Source: Flavobacteriaceae bacterium (GTDB taxonomy: Bacteria; Bacteroidota; Bacteroidia; Flavobacteriales; Flavobacteriaceae). From it: DNA of 54,909 nucleotides. Both the position numbers and the translations under genes were made by a program. Location: positions 1 to 54,909 of the forward strand of contig JAHDGB010000001.1 in NCBI GenBank assembly GCA_020627885.1. Reading direction: 5' to 3'. The notes beneath the pieces are model-generated. The model had not been told where the DNA came from. It did not search any database and saw only the letters and a list, made by a program, of their open reading frames with translations. Below are positions 27,156 through 35,736 of this stretch, one piece after another (position 1 is the first letter of the stretch; each line of letters starts with the position of its first letter).

Positions 27156-27578
27156 ATGAAAAACATATTAGTACTATGTACTGGAAACTCATGTAGAAGC
27201 CAAATGGCACATGCTTATCTAAATAAATTTTCAAATAAAGAATATAATATCTTTAGTGCTGGAATTGAAACCCATGGATTAAACCCTAATGCTGTTTCTA
27301 TATTAAAAGAAGACGGTATAGATATTTCTAATTACACTTCAAATCATGTCGATGAGTATAAATCTATAGACTTTAATTATATAATTACAGTTTGCGATCA
27401 TGCTAATGAGAACTGTCCGTTTATTCCTAGTAAAAATGCCCTGAGAATACATCACAACTTTTTTGACCCTTCAAAGATTAATGGTAATGCTAAAGAAATT
27501 CATTCAGCTTTCTTAAAAACTAGAGAAGAGATAAAACACTATTGCAAAGCTTTTGTAGAAAAAAATAATTTAAGTTAA
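27156..27578 (+). CDS. arsC: Arsenate reductase, LMW-PTP (thioredoxin-coupled) type
   Basis: 140 aa with P-loop VLCTGNSCRSQMA and the downstream Cys pair in ITVCDHANENCPF. Confidence 0.85.
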   Translation: MKNILVLCTGNSCRSQMAHAYLNKFSNKEYNIFSAGIETHGLNPNAVSILKEDGIDISNYTSNHVDEYKSIDFNYIITVCDHANENCPFIPSKNALRIHHNFFDPSKINGNAKEIHSAFLKTREEIKHYCKAFVEKNNLS

Positions 27579-27585
27579 ATCTACT

Positions 27586-29400
27586 TTACTTATCCCCATT
27601 TATACCAGAAAACTTTCGTTCTAACTCAGCTTGAAATTCTTCCATTACAGGCCTTACAGTACTTTCGGGTAAATCTGCAATTCTAATATACATTAAACCG
27701 TCTACTGCATTATTAAATAAGGGATCAACATTAAAGGCAACAAGTTTAGCATTTTGTTTTATATATTTTTTGAGCAAAACAGGGAGCCTTAATGCTCCTG
27801 GTTCTATTTCATCAATAATTTTGTCAAACTTATTTAAATCTGCTTCAGTAGCATCAAAAACAAAATCTTTATCTGCATCATTTAATTTTACTTTAAAGGC
27901 CTTCTTTGGATACACGTATTGAGCCACATAAGGATCATAATAATGGGATTTCATAAACTCAATCATTAATGATTTTGAGAAATTTGAAAACTGATTGCTT
28001 ATACTCACTCCTCCAATTAAATATTTATGTTCTGGAAAACGAAGCGTAGTATGTACAATCCCTTTCCATAGTAAAAATAATGGCATTGGTTTTTGCTGAT
28101 ATTTTTTTACAATAAATGCTCGCCCCATTTCTATTGATTGGCTCATCATTTTGTATAACTCTGGTTCAAAACGAAATAAATCCTGAAGGTAAAACCCGTC
28201 AATACCATATGCTTCATATATTTTAGATCCGAGTCCCATACGATATGCTCCAGCAATAACTTTAGCGTTATCGTCCCATAAAAACATATGATGATAATAC
28301 GAATCAAAAGCATCCAAATCTATAGCTTCATTAGTTCCTTCTCCTACTTCTCTAAAAGTTATTTCTCTTAAACGCCCTATTTCTCTCAAGATATTAGGTA
28401 TTTTTTTAGCAGGACATAAATACACTTCATATTTTTTACTCGTCAATAGTCTATAATCTGATTGACGAATAATTTCTAATTCCTTTATTATAGACTCTGT
28501 ACTAACTGGGGTAACTATCTTTTTTGGAGGCTTCGGTGTTTTCAATGTTGAAGATAGTGAAGAAATAATTTTTTCTTTAGGATCAAAAGCATTAGAAAGC
28601 ATGTATGTCTTTTTCCTTAAAAACTCTGTAAAATCAGTAAGAGAACTATGTTCTTTTTGTTTTTTAACTGATATTGGCTTCCCAATTCGCACTTTTATAA
28701 TACGCCTTTTTTGCGTTAATAATTCTGAGGGCAGCTTAGCTGTTCTAAAAGTATCACTAATCCTAGATAATTTATAAAACAGTTTACTGTTTTTAGCATG
28801 AAAATAAATAGGAACTATAGGAACTTCTGCTTTTTTAACAAGTTTCATTGCTGCCTCTTCCCAAGGTTTATCAACAACAAGTTTCCCATCTTTATATGTA
28901 GAAACTTCCCCAGCAGGAAAAACGCCTAATGGGTGCCCATCTCTTAAATGCTGAATTGCATGTTTAAAACCTGCTATACTAGATTTTGCATCTTTACGAT
29001 CTTCAAATGGGTTTACAGGCATTATGTATGGCTTCATCGGCTCTATACGATGTAGTAAAAAATTAGCCATAATTTTAAAATCTTTTCTTTGTTCAACCAT
29101 CAGTTTTAACAACAAAATGCCATCTATTCCTCCAAGCGGATGGTTCGAAATAGTAACATAAGAGCCCTCTTTAGGTAAACGCTTAAGGTCTTCTTCTGGT
29201 ATTTCAAACTTAATTTGAAACTCATCTAAAATACTATCTAAAAACCCAACCCCTTTTAAGTGTTTATTTCGATTATATATACGGTTAAGTGTGGATATTT
29301 TTAGGGTTTTCATTAATATCCAACCTATAAAAGTTCCTACAAATCCATATTTATCAAGATGTAGTGCTTGAGAAACTTCTTTTGCTGTTACTAACCCCAT
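27586..29400 (-). CDS. Bifunctional aminolipid acyltransferase, OlsF-like. It has an N-terminal PlsC-type O-acyltransferase and a C-terminal GNAT-like N-acyltransferase.
   Basis: 604 aa. The N-terminal HxxxxD acyltransferase motif is SNHPLGGIDG, with the downstream VFPAGEVS block. The C-terminal ~300 aa resembles OlsB/hemolysin-like N-acyltransferases (REITFREVGEGT...). Confidence 0.6.
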   Translation of the reverse strand: MGLVTAKEVSQALHLDKYGFVGTFIGWILMKTLKISTLNRIYNRNKHLKGVGFLDSILDEFQIKFEIPEEDLKRLPKEGSYVTISNHPLGGIDGILLLKLMVEQRKDFKIMANFLLHRIEPMKPYIMPVNPFEDRKDAKSSIAGFKHAIQHLRDGHPLGVFPAGEVSTYKDGKLVVDKPWEEAAMKLVKKAEVPIVPIYFHAKNSKLFYKLSRISDTFRTAKLPSELLTQKRRIIKVRIGKPISVKKQKEHSSLTDFTEFLRKKTYMLSNAFDPKEKIISSLSSTLKTPKPPKKIVTPVSTESIIKELEIIRQSDYRLLTSKKYEVYLCPAKKIPNILREIGRLREITFREVGEGTNEAIDLDAFDSYYHHMFLWDDNAKVIAGAYRMGLGSKIYEAYGIDGFYLQDLFRFEPELYKMMSQSIEMGRAFIVKKYQQKPMPLFLLWKGIVHTTLRFPEHKYLIGGVSISNQFSNFSKSLMIEFMKSHYYDPYVAQYVYPKKAFKVKLNDADKDFVFDATEADLNKFDKIIDEIEPGALRLPVLLKKYIKQNAKLVAFNVDPLFNNAVDGLMYIRIADLPESTVRPVMEEFQAELERKFSGINGDK

Positions 29401-29421
29401 TTATTAATACTTATTAGCGTA

Positions 29422-29429
29422 CAAACGTA
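29422..29429 (-). promoter_or_regulatory. Bacteroidota-type -7 promoter box (TACGTTTG on the minus strand)
   Basis: Perfect TAnnTTTG match 22 nt upstream of ATG 29400. Confidence 0.4.
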
Positions 29430-29497
29430 CATAAAATTCTAATTTTAACTAATACTAAATAACAAAAAACATTGCTTCATTATAGACAACGTTTTAA

Positions 29498-30748
29498 TCA
29501 AAATGTTACAATTTGTACTGTTTCTTGAAATAATTGCTTTAATACAACCTTCTTACTCATTTCTATTTTTTTTACAGATTGTTCATCATAATACCTAATT
29601 GTATATAAAGATACATCATTATGGCAGGTAACTTTAAATTTTGCTTTTAAATGCAGCAATAATTTTTCTAAATTATTATAAGTGTTATCAAAACATACAG
29701 AAAAACTAATGGCCGAGTTCTGAATAACATGTACTTTCATCTTGTACTTATGTAGTAAATTAAAAATATCACTAATATTTTCTTCTACTACATAAGAAAA
29801 ATCTAAAGTAGATAATGACAATAATACCTGTTTTTTCTTAAGAATAAAGCACGGCATTTTTGGCATAACACCTTCTCCTTTACTTACTGTAGTACCTGTG
29901 TTCATAGGGTCTACAAAAGACTTTACATATAATGGAATTTCTTTTCCTTGTAATGGCTGTAATGTTTTGGGGTGTATTACAGAAGCGCCATAAAATGCTA
30001 ATTCTATTGCTTCTCTATATGAAATATGCTCTAGCAAATGTGTGTCTTCAAAATAACGAGGGTCTGCATTTAAAACCCCAGGAACGTCTTTCCATATCGT
30101 TACATTTTGAGCATTTAAACAATATGCAAAAATAGCTGCAGTATAATCACTTCCTTCTCTCCCCAAAGTTGTTGTAAAATTATTGTCATCACTTGCTAAA
30201 AACCCCTGAGTAATATTTAAAACAGATTTATTTACCTTATTTACTATAATCTCTTGAGTTTTTTCCCAATTTACATTTGCCTGCCTGTAATAATTATCTG
30301 TTTTAATATAGTCTCTTACATCTAACCAATTATTTTTAAATCCTTTTTCATTTAAATAATAACTAATAATAGTTGTTGAAATTAGTTCTCCGTAGCCAAT
30401 AACTTGGTCGTAAATAAAACTATAATTCGGAGACTTGTTATTATTAAAAATTGTTTTTAGTTCTAAAAATAAAACATTAACACTACTAAAAACTTTATGC
30501 TCCTTATCTGCAAACAAGTTATTCAATATTGTTTTATGAAAACTAATTACATGTTGTAATTCTTTTTCAAAATTATTTTTATTTTCTATATAGGCATCTA
30601 TTACTTTCTCTAATGCGTTTGTTGTTTTCCCCATTGCAGAAACTACAATTAAGGTATTCTTATAACCAACCTGCTCTAAAACCGAAATTAAATTATTTAC
30701 TCCTTTAGCATCTTTTACAGAAGCACCTCCAAACTTAAATACTCTCAT
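29498..30748 (-). CDS. lysC: Aspartate kinase (monofunctional)
   Basis: 416 aa. The N-terminal kinase signature is MRVFKFGGASVKD, followed by VVSAMGKTTN and a C-terminal ACT-like region. Confidence 0.85.
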   Translation of the reverse strand: MRVFKFGGASVKDAKGVNNLISVLEQVGYKNTLIVVSAMGKTTNALEKVIDAYIENKNNFEKELQHVISFHKTILNNLFADKEHKVFSSVNVLFLELKTIFNNNKSPNYSFIYDQVIGYGELISTTIISYYLNEKGFKNNWLDVRDYIKTDNYYRQANVNWEKTQEIIVNKVNKSVLNITQGFLASDDNNFTTTLGREGSDYTAAIFAYCLNAQNVTIWKDVPGVLNADPRYFEDTHLLEHISYREAIELAFYGASVIHPKTLQPLQGKEIPLYVKSFVDPMNTGTTVSKGEGVMPKMPCFILKKKQVLLSLSTLDFSYVVEENISDIFNLLHKYKMKVHVIQNSAISFSVCFDNTYNNLEKLLLHLKAKFKVTCHNDVSLYTIRYYDEQSVKKIEMSKKVVLKQLFQETVQIVTF

Positions 30749-31232
30749 TTTGTTTTTTATTTTCTAAATACGTTTTAATGGCCTGATCGTTTAATTGCAC
30801 AACGCTCCAATCTTTCATTATATTTGCTCCTTTTTTTTCATAAAAAGCAATCGCATTATTATTCCAATTTAAAACTTCCCAACTTATACGTTTGACGCCT
30901 AAATCATATCCATATTTAACAACTTTATCTAAAAGCGCAGTCCCTAAACCAGCACCTCTCATTGATTTACTTACTATTAAATCTTCCAAATGCAACACCT
31001 CTCCTTTCCATGTAGAATAACGCATATAAACCAGTGCTATACCAACAATTTTATTCGATTTTTCAGCAACAAAACAAGTAAACTTTGAAAAAGAGCCAAA
31101 ACCATCTTTAATCAAATCATCTATAGTTATTTCTACAGCATTTGGCTCTTTTTCAAAAAGCGCTAATTCTTTAATTAAATTTAATACCCCAGTCATGTCC
31201 TTTTTTGTGGCTATACGCACTAAACAACTCAT
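30735..31232 (-). CDS. GNAT family N-acetyltransferase
   Basis: 165 aa with acetyl-CoA-binding motif MRGAGLGTALLDKV. It overlaps the lysC start by 14 nt. Confidence 0.75.
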   Translation of the reverse strand: MSCLVRIATKKDMTGVLNLIKELALFEKEPNAVEITIDDLIKDGFGSFSKFTCFVAEKSNKIVGIALVYMRYSTWKGEVLHLEDLIVSKSMRGAGLGTALLDKVVKYGYDLGVKRISWEVLNWNNNAIAFYEKKGANIMKDWSVVQLNDQAIKTYLENKKQNESI

Positions 31233-31392
31233 ATTTTACTATTTAAAAAACAAAGTAAATATAGTTTAAAAGTTAATTCATTGTACTAAAATAAATTTTT
31301 AAAACTACTGATTGATTAACGCAATTATATTCGTTTATCCTTTATAATTCTTAAAAAAATACGATCTTTGCACGAAGAAAATATAACCATTT

Positions 31393-32400
31393 ATGTCTCG
31401 AAAAAACAAAACTCTAGGAGAGTACATCATTGAAAATCAAGCTTCTTTTAAATACACTTCTGGAGAGCTGTCTAGACTTATTAATTCTATAAGACTAGCT
31501 GCTAAAGTCGTTAATCATGAAGTAAATAAAGCTGGATTAGTTGACATAATTGGTACTGCTGGCGATACAAATATACAGGGCGAAGACCAGCAAAAACTCG
31601 ATGTATATGCTAACGACAAATTTATTCAGACATTAACCAATAGGAATATTGTTTGTGGTATAGCTAGTGAAGAAGAAGATGATTTTATAAGCATTAATAG
31701 CCAAGATGAAAACAATCAAAATAAATACGTCGTTTTGATTGATCCTTTAGATGGGTCTTCTAATATTGATGTTAATGTTTCTGTAGGTACTATTTTCTCT
31801 ATCTACAGGCGTATTACCCCAGTTGGTACGCCTGTAAAAATTGAAGACTTTCTTCAAAAAGGAAGCGAGCAAGTTGCAGCTGGGTACATTGTATATGGCA
31901 CATCAACTATGCTAGTTTATACTACTGGCCATGGTGTTAATGGTTTTACACTAAACCCTGCAATCGGAACGTTTTATTTGTCTCATCCGAATATGGAATT
32001 TCCTAAAAACGGACGTATCTATTCTGTAAATGAAGGAAACTACACCCACTTTCCGCAAGGCGTAAAAAATTACATTAAATATTGTCAAATGGAAGAAGAA
32101 GATCGTCCTTATACTTCCAGATACATAGGGTCATTAGTTTCTGATTTTCATAGAAATATGATAAAAGGAGGAGTATACATATATCCAAAAAGCTCGAAAA
32201 ATTCTACTGGAAAATTAAGGTTATTATATGAATGTAATCCAATGGCGTTTTTAGCAGAGCAAGCTCAAGGAAAAGCTAGTGATGGTTTTACTCGTATTTT
32301 AGATATAAAACCTAATGAACTACACCAAAGAGTCCCTTTTTTCTGTGGCAGTAAAAATATGGTAGAAAAAGCTGAAGAATTTATGCGAAAAAATCCTTAA
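31393..32400 (+). CDS. fbp: Fructose-1,6-bisphosphatase class 1
   Basis: 335 aa with conserved FBPase-I blocks [30 protein letters not shown]. Confidence 0.9.
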   Translation: MSRKNKTLGEYIIENQASFKYTSGELSRLINSIRLAAKVVNHEVNKAGLVDIIGTAGDTNIQGEDQQKLDVYANDKFIQTLTNRNIVCGIASEEEDDFISINSQDENNQNKYVVLIDPLDGSSNIDVNVSVGTIFSIYRRITPVGTPVKIEDFLQKGSEQVAAGYIVYGTSTMLVYTTGHGVNGFTLNPAIGTFYLSHPNMEFPKNGRIYSVNEGNYTHFPQGVKNYIKYCQMEEEDRPYTSRYIGSLVSDFHRNMIKGGVYIYPKSSKNSTGKLRLLYECNPMAFLAEQAQGKASDGFTRILDIKPNELHQRVPFFCGSKNMVEKAEEFMRKNP

Positions 32401-32465
32401 ATTGTTTGCTAACGTATTAATTTTTAACTTACATCAATAAAAGTACATTTAAAACCCTCTAACTA

Positions 32466-32825
32466 ATGTCTAAAGGAAAAAACAATTCTGATAACGAAAA
32501 TACTATAACAGCTAATAATGCCTCTACAAAGATTGATGCGATAAAGCAACTTATTTTTGGGGAAAATATGCAAGCTTATGATTCTGAGTTCGAATTTGTA
32601 AAAAAAGATTTATTAAATAAAAAGAAAGAACTTGAAGCTTTAATTGAAGAAGTTCGAAGTGAACTCACTCAATCTATAGATAATCTAAGTACAGATATAA
32701 ATATTAGAATTACTGAGCTTGAAGACCATTTTAATGATAAGATCGATACTATAGATAACAAAAAAGCAGATCGTAAATTATTAGGAGAACTCTTTACTAA
32801 ACTAGGAGAGAAGATTAGCCAATAA
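32466..32825 (+). CDS. Small coiled-coil protein, first gene of the GTPase operon
   Basis: 119 aa with heptad-rich sequence (KKELEALIEEVRSELTQSIDNLSTDINIRITELEDHF). The N-terminal motif KIDAIKQLIFGENMQAY is shared with the next gene. Confidence 0.55.
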   Translation: MSKGKNNSDNENTITANNASTKIDAIKQLIFGENMQAYDSEFEFVKKDLLNKKKELEALIEEVRSELTQSIDNLSTDINIRITELEDHFNDKIDTIDNKKADRKLLGELFTKLGEKISQ

Positions 32826-32839
32826 TATATGGTTGTCTT

Positions 32840-33658
32840 ATGAATCAACAAGAAAAATTAGATATTCTCAAAAACATCTTACTTACAGATGAGCGACAAT
32901 ATGCAGAAGAAATATCTAAAAAAATAAAGATTCTAGAAGAAACTATTAATAAACAAAACCAGCTTTCTCAAAAAGTAGATCCTATTATTGATGACAAACT
33001 AGAAGAATTTATAAAAGAAATACCGCAAACTCTAGGCCCTACTATTACTGAAGCCCTTAAGACCGAAATTAAAAACTCTAAAGACGAAGTAGTTGAAGCT
33101 CTATTCCCTATAATAGGGAAAATGATAAAACGCTATGTACAACATGAAGTACAATTACTCTCAGAAAAAATAAATGCTCAACTAAACAATACTTTTTCAT
33201 TTAAATCATTAAAACGGAAAATAAAATCTAAAAAAACAGGAATTAGCGAAGGCGAATTAATTATTCAAGAACTAACAAAACCTTCTATTGAACAATTAAT
33301 GGTCATTAATAAAGGATCTGGTATAATAATTTCTGAATATTCCAAAACAAAAAATATTGATGAAGATATGATTTCTGGCATGTTAACGGCCATTAAAAGT
33401 TTTGCTGAAGATGCTTTTGAAAAAGAAAACATAGAACTTCAATATATAGAATACGAATCTTATCATGTACACCTTCAAAATTTTTCTTCATATTATATTG
33501 CAGTTATTATATCTGGAGCGTATAATGTTCTTTTTAAAGGACAATTAGAAGACAAATTACTTAACTTTGCGCAAAATGTAATTAACAAGAACGATATAAA
33601 AGATCCTTCTAAGTTAAATGAAAAATTAAAATTGTATTTCGAGAATGAAAATATCTAA
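32840..33658 (+). CDS. Coiled-coil protein with a C-terminal Roadblock/LC7- or longin-like domain, the putative partner of the adjacent GTPase
   Basis: 272 aa. Residues ~150-255 (IEQLMVINKGSGIIISEYSK..DEDMISGMLTAIKSFAEDAF...LQYIEYESYHVHLQNFSSYYIAVIISGAYN...) show the beta-beta-alpha-beta-beta-alpha pattern of MglB/Roadblock proteins. Its stop overlaps the GTPase start by 14 nt. Confidence 0.5.
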   Translation: MNQQEKLDILKNILLTDERQYAEEISKKIKILEETINKQNQLSQKVDPIIDDKLEEFIKEIPQTLGPTITEALKTEIKNSKDEVVEALFPIIGKMIKRYVQHEVQLLSEKINAQLNNTFSFKSLKRKIKSKKTGISEGELIIQELTKPSIEQLMVINKGSGIIISEYSKTKNIDEDMISGMLTAIKSFAEDAFEKENIELQYIEYESYHVHLQNFSSYYIAVIISGAYNVLFKGQLEDKLLNFAQNVINKNDIKDPSKLNEKLKLYFENENI

Positions 33659-34142
33659 AAAAGTTGTTTTGATTGGTCATTTTGGTGTTGGGAAATCGTC
33701 CCTTATAAGGCGTTTTGTAGAAAACACTTTCTCAGATGACTATAAAGTTACAATTGGAGTACACATTTTTAAAAAAAGTGTTCCCATTCCTGAAGAAGGA
33801 AAAGATGTTTCTTTAGTAATATGGGATTTAGAAGGTAATGATGATATTAGAGAAACACGATTATCATATTTACTAGGGACTAATGCTTATATCTATGTTT
33901 TCGATGTATCTAGACCAACAACCTATAAAGACATTGACTCGGATATTCTTTATCTTAAAGAAAAATGTCCTACTGCCCCAATAAAAATAGTAGGAAACAA
34001 AGAAGACTTACTAACTAAAAAACAAATAGGCGATTTGAACGAAAAAATCGAATCTTTTATCGATTTTTTTACAAGTGCCAAAACTGGCAATAAAGTTGAC
34101 GAACTTTTCTCTAAATTAGCGCTAGAGCTAATAAATAAGTAG
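33645..34142 (+). CDS. Rab/Ras-like small GTPase
   Basis: 165 aa with G1 GHFGVGKS, switch I/G2 KVTIGVHIF, G3 WDLEGN, G4 GNKEDL and G5 TSAKTG, all in canonical order and spacing. Confidence 0.85.
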   Translation: MKISKKVVLIGHFGVGKSSLIRRFVENTFSDDYKVTIGVHIFKKSVPIPEEGKDVSLVIWDLEGNDDIRETRLSYLLGTNAYIYVFDVSRPTTYKDIDSDILYLKEKCPTAPIKIVGNKEDLLTKKQIGDLNEKIESFIDFFTSAKTGNKVDELFSKLALELINK

Positions 34143-34148
34143 AAAAGA

Positions 34149-35666
34149 ATGCTTGAAACCTATAAAAAACAACATGCAAAAACAATAATTCAATATTTGG
34201 TTGTTGATTTTAATGGACAAATACTAGAAACCGACAATGTTCTATTTGATATTAAAAATGAACAAAACATTACTAATATTAATCCCTTTTTTGAAACACT
34301 TATTCCTTTATTAAAATCTGAAAATGAAGACTATTTTTTTAATTGTATACATCTTCATTTAAATGAAAAATTAATTACAGCAGATATTTCTCTAAAAACG
34401 TTTAACAAAGAAACTTATCCTTTAATAACAATTGTAGATTTAACTTCTCATTATAAACATTATCAAACTACAGCCCAAGTAAGAAATGAGTCTGTAATTA
34501 ACTCTGAAGTACTCGAATTAAAGAATAGTTACTTAAAAGAAAAGGAGGAATTCAAAAATAGGTTTATCGCCAATTTTAGTCATGAATTACGCGATCCAAT
34601 TACTGGGATTATTACTTTTTCAGACATCTTAAAAAATACACAGTTAAATGATGAGCAACTAAATTATCTGCAGATTTTAAAGTCTTCTTCTAATTTTTTA
34701 AAAAAAATGGTCGATGATATTCTTGATATTTCAAGAATAGAAGTAGGAAAATTAGAATTAACGATAAAACCTTTTGATATTAGATCGCTTATACAAGATA
34801 TTAATGCAAATTATTCAATCCGTGCCAAAGAAAAAGGCCTAGAATACTTCTCCAGTATAGATGAAAAATTACCCGCTATTGTAGGAGGTGATGCACTTAG
34901 ATTAAGACAAGTGTTAACAAATTTGTTAGACAACGCAATTAAATTTACAGAAAAAGGAAATATAACATTTAATGTTTCTTTAAATCAAATCCGTGCTCAA
35001 AAAGCAAATGTTCATTTTGAAATTACTGATACTGGTATTGGCATAGCTCCTGATAAACTAGAATCTATTTTCGAAAACTTTACACAAATAAATAATCCAT
35101 TATCATTTAAAGGTGCTGGGCTAGGTTTAGCGATTGTTAAATATTTAGTAGAATTAACTCGCAGTAAAATCTCAGTGAAATCTTCACTAGGAAAGGGTTC
35201 TATATTCTCTACCAATATAAATTTTAAAATAGAGACAAGTAAAAAACCCCATAAAAAAGACAAAACATTAATAAAAGAAATACGATCAGATAAAAAGTTT
35301 AATATTTTACTTGTTGAGGATTCGGAGATTACTCAACTTTCTATTTTGAAAATTTTAGCTAAAAAAGGTCAGTTTTTTTTAGACATCGTCTCTAATGCAA
35401 ATGATGTTATTCCCCGTATAGAAAGCTCGGAATTTGATCTTGTTTTAATGGATATTAAACTACAAGATCAATGGGGAGATGAAATAGCCAAAAAAATAAG
35501 AAAATTACCCGAACGAGAACACAAAAAAGTCCCTATAATAGCTTTAACTGCTAAAGTATTTAGTGAAGACTTAAAAAAATATAAAAAAGCTGGGATTAAT
35601 GATGTTATTAAGAAACCATTTGATGAAATTTCTTTATTAAATACTATAGGTAAATATTTAAAATAA
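34149..35666 (+). CDS. Soluble hybrid sensor histidine kinase (PAS-like N-domain + HisKA + HATPase_c + canonical receiver)
   Basis: 505 aa with no TM segment. It has H-box FSHELRDPITGI, N-box LTNLLDNAIKFT, G boxes DTGIGI and GAGLGLAIVK. The receiver carries LLVEDSE, LVLMDIKL, ALTA and KKP. It starts 6 nt after the GTPase stop. Confidence 0.85.
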   Translation: MLETYKKQHAKTIIQYLVVDFNGQILETDNVLFDIKNEQNITNINPFFETLIPLLKSENEDYFFNCIHLHLNEKLITADISLKTFNKETYPLITIVDLTSHYKHYQTTAQVRNESVINSEVLELKNSYLKEKEEFKNRFIANFSHELRDPITGIITFSDILKNTQLNDEQLNYLQILKSSSNFLKKMVDDILDISRIEVGKLELTIKPFDIRSLIQDINANYSIRAKEKGLEYFSSIDEKLPAIVGGDALRLRQVLTNLLDNAIKFTEKGNITFNVSLNQIRAQKANVHFEITDTGIGIAPDKLESIFENFTQINNPLSFKGAGLGLAIVKYLVELTRSKISVKSSLGKGSIFSTNINFKIETSKKPHKKDKTLIKEIRSDKKFNILLVEDSEITQLSILKILAKKGQFFLDIVSNANDVIPRIESSEFDLVLMDIKLQDQWGDEIAKKIRKLPEREHKKVPIIALTAKVFSEDLKKYKKAGINDVIKKPFDEISLLNTIGKYLK

Positions 35667-35736
35667 AATTTATTTGTTTTTTACGATAAGTGCACAAAAT
35701 TTTTAATGTATATTTCTTGTTCATTTTATCCCTTTT

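Noticed and set aside
32401-32465. Dedicated promoter for the GTPase operon (TACATTTA at 32444-32451)
   Set aside because: It is only a 7/8 match to TAnnTTTG and lies 14 nt from the ATG. No terminator is visible after fbp, so read-through from fbp cannot be excluded. I did not call it as a feature.
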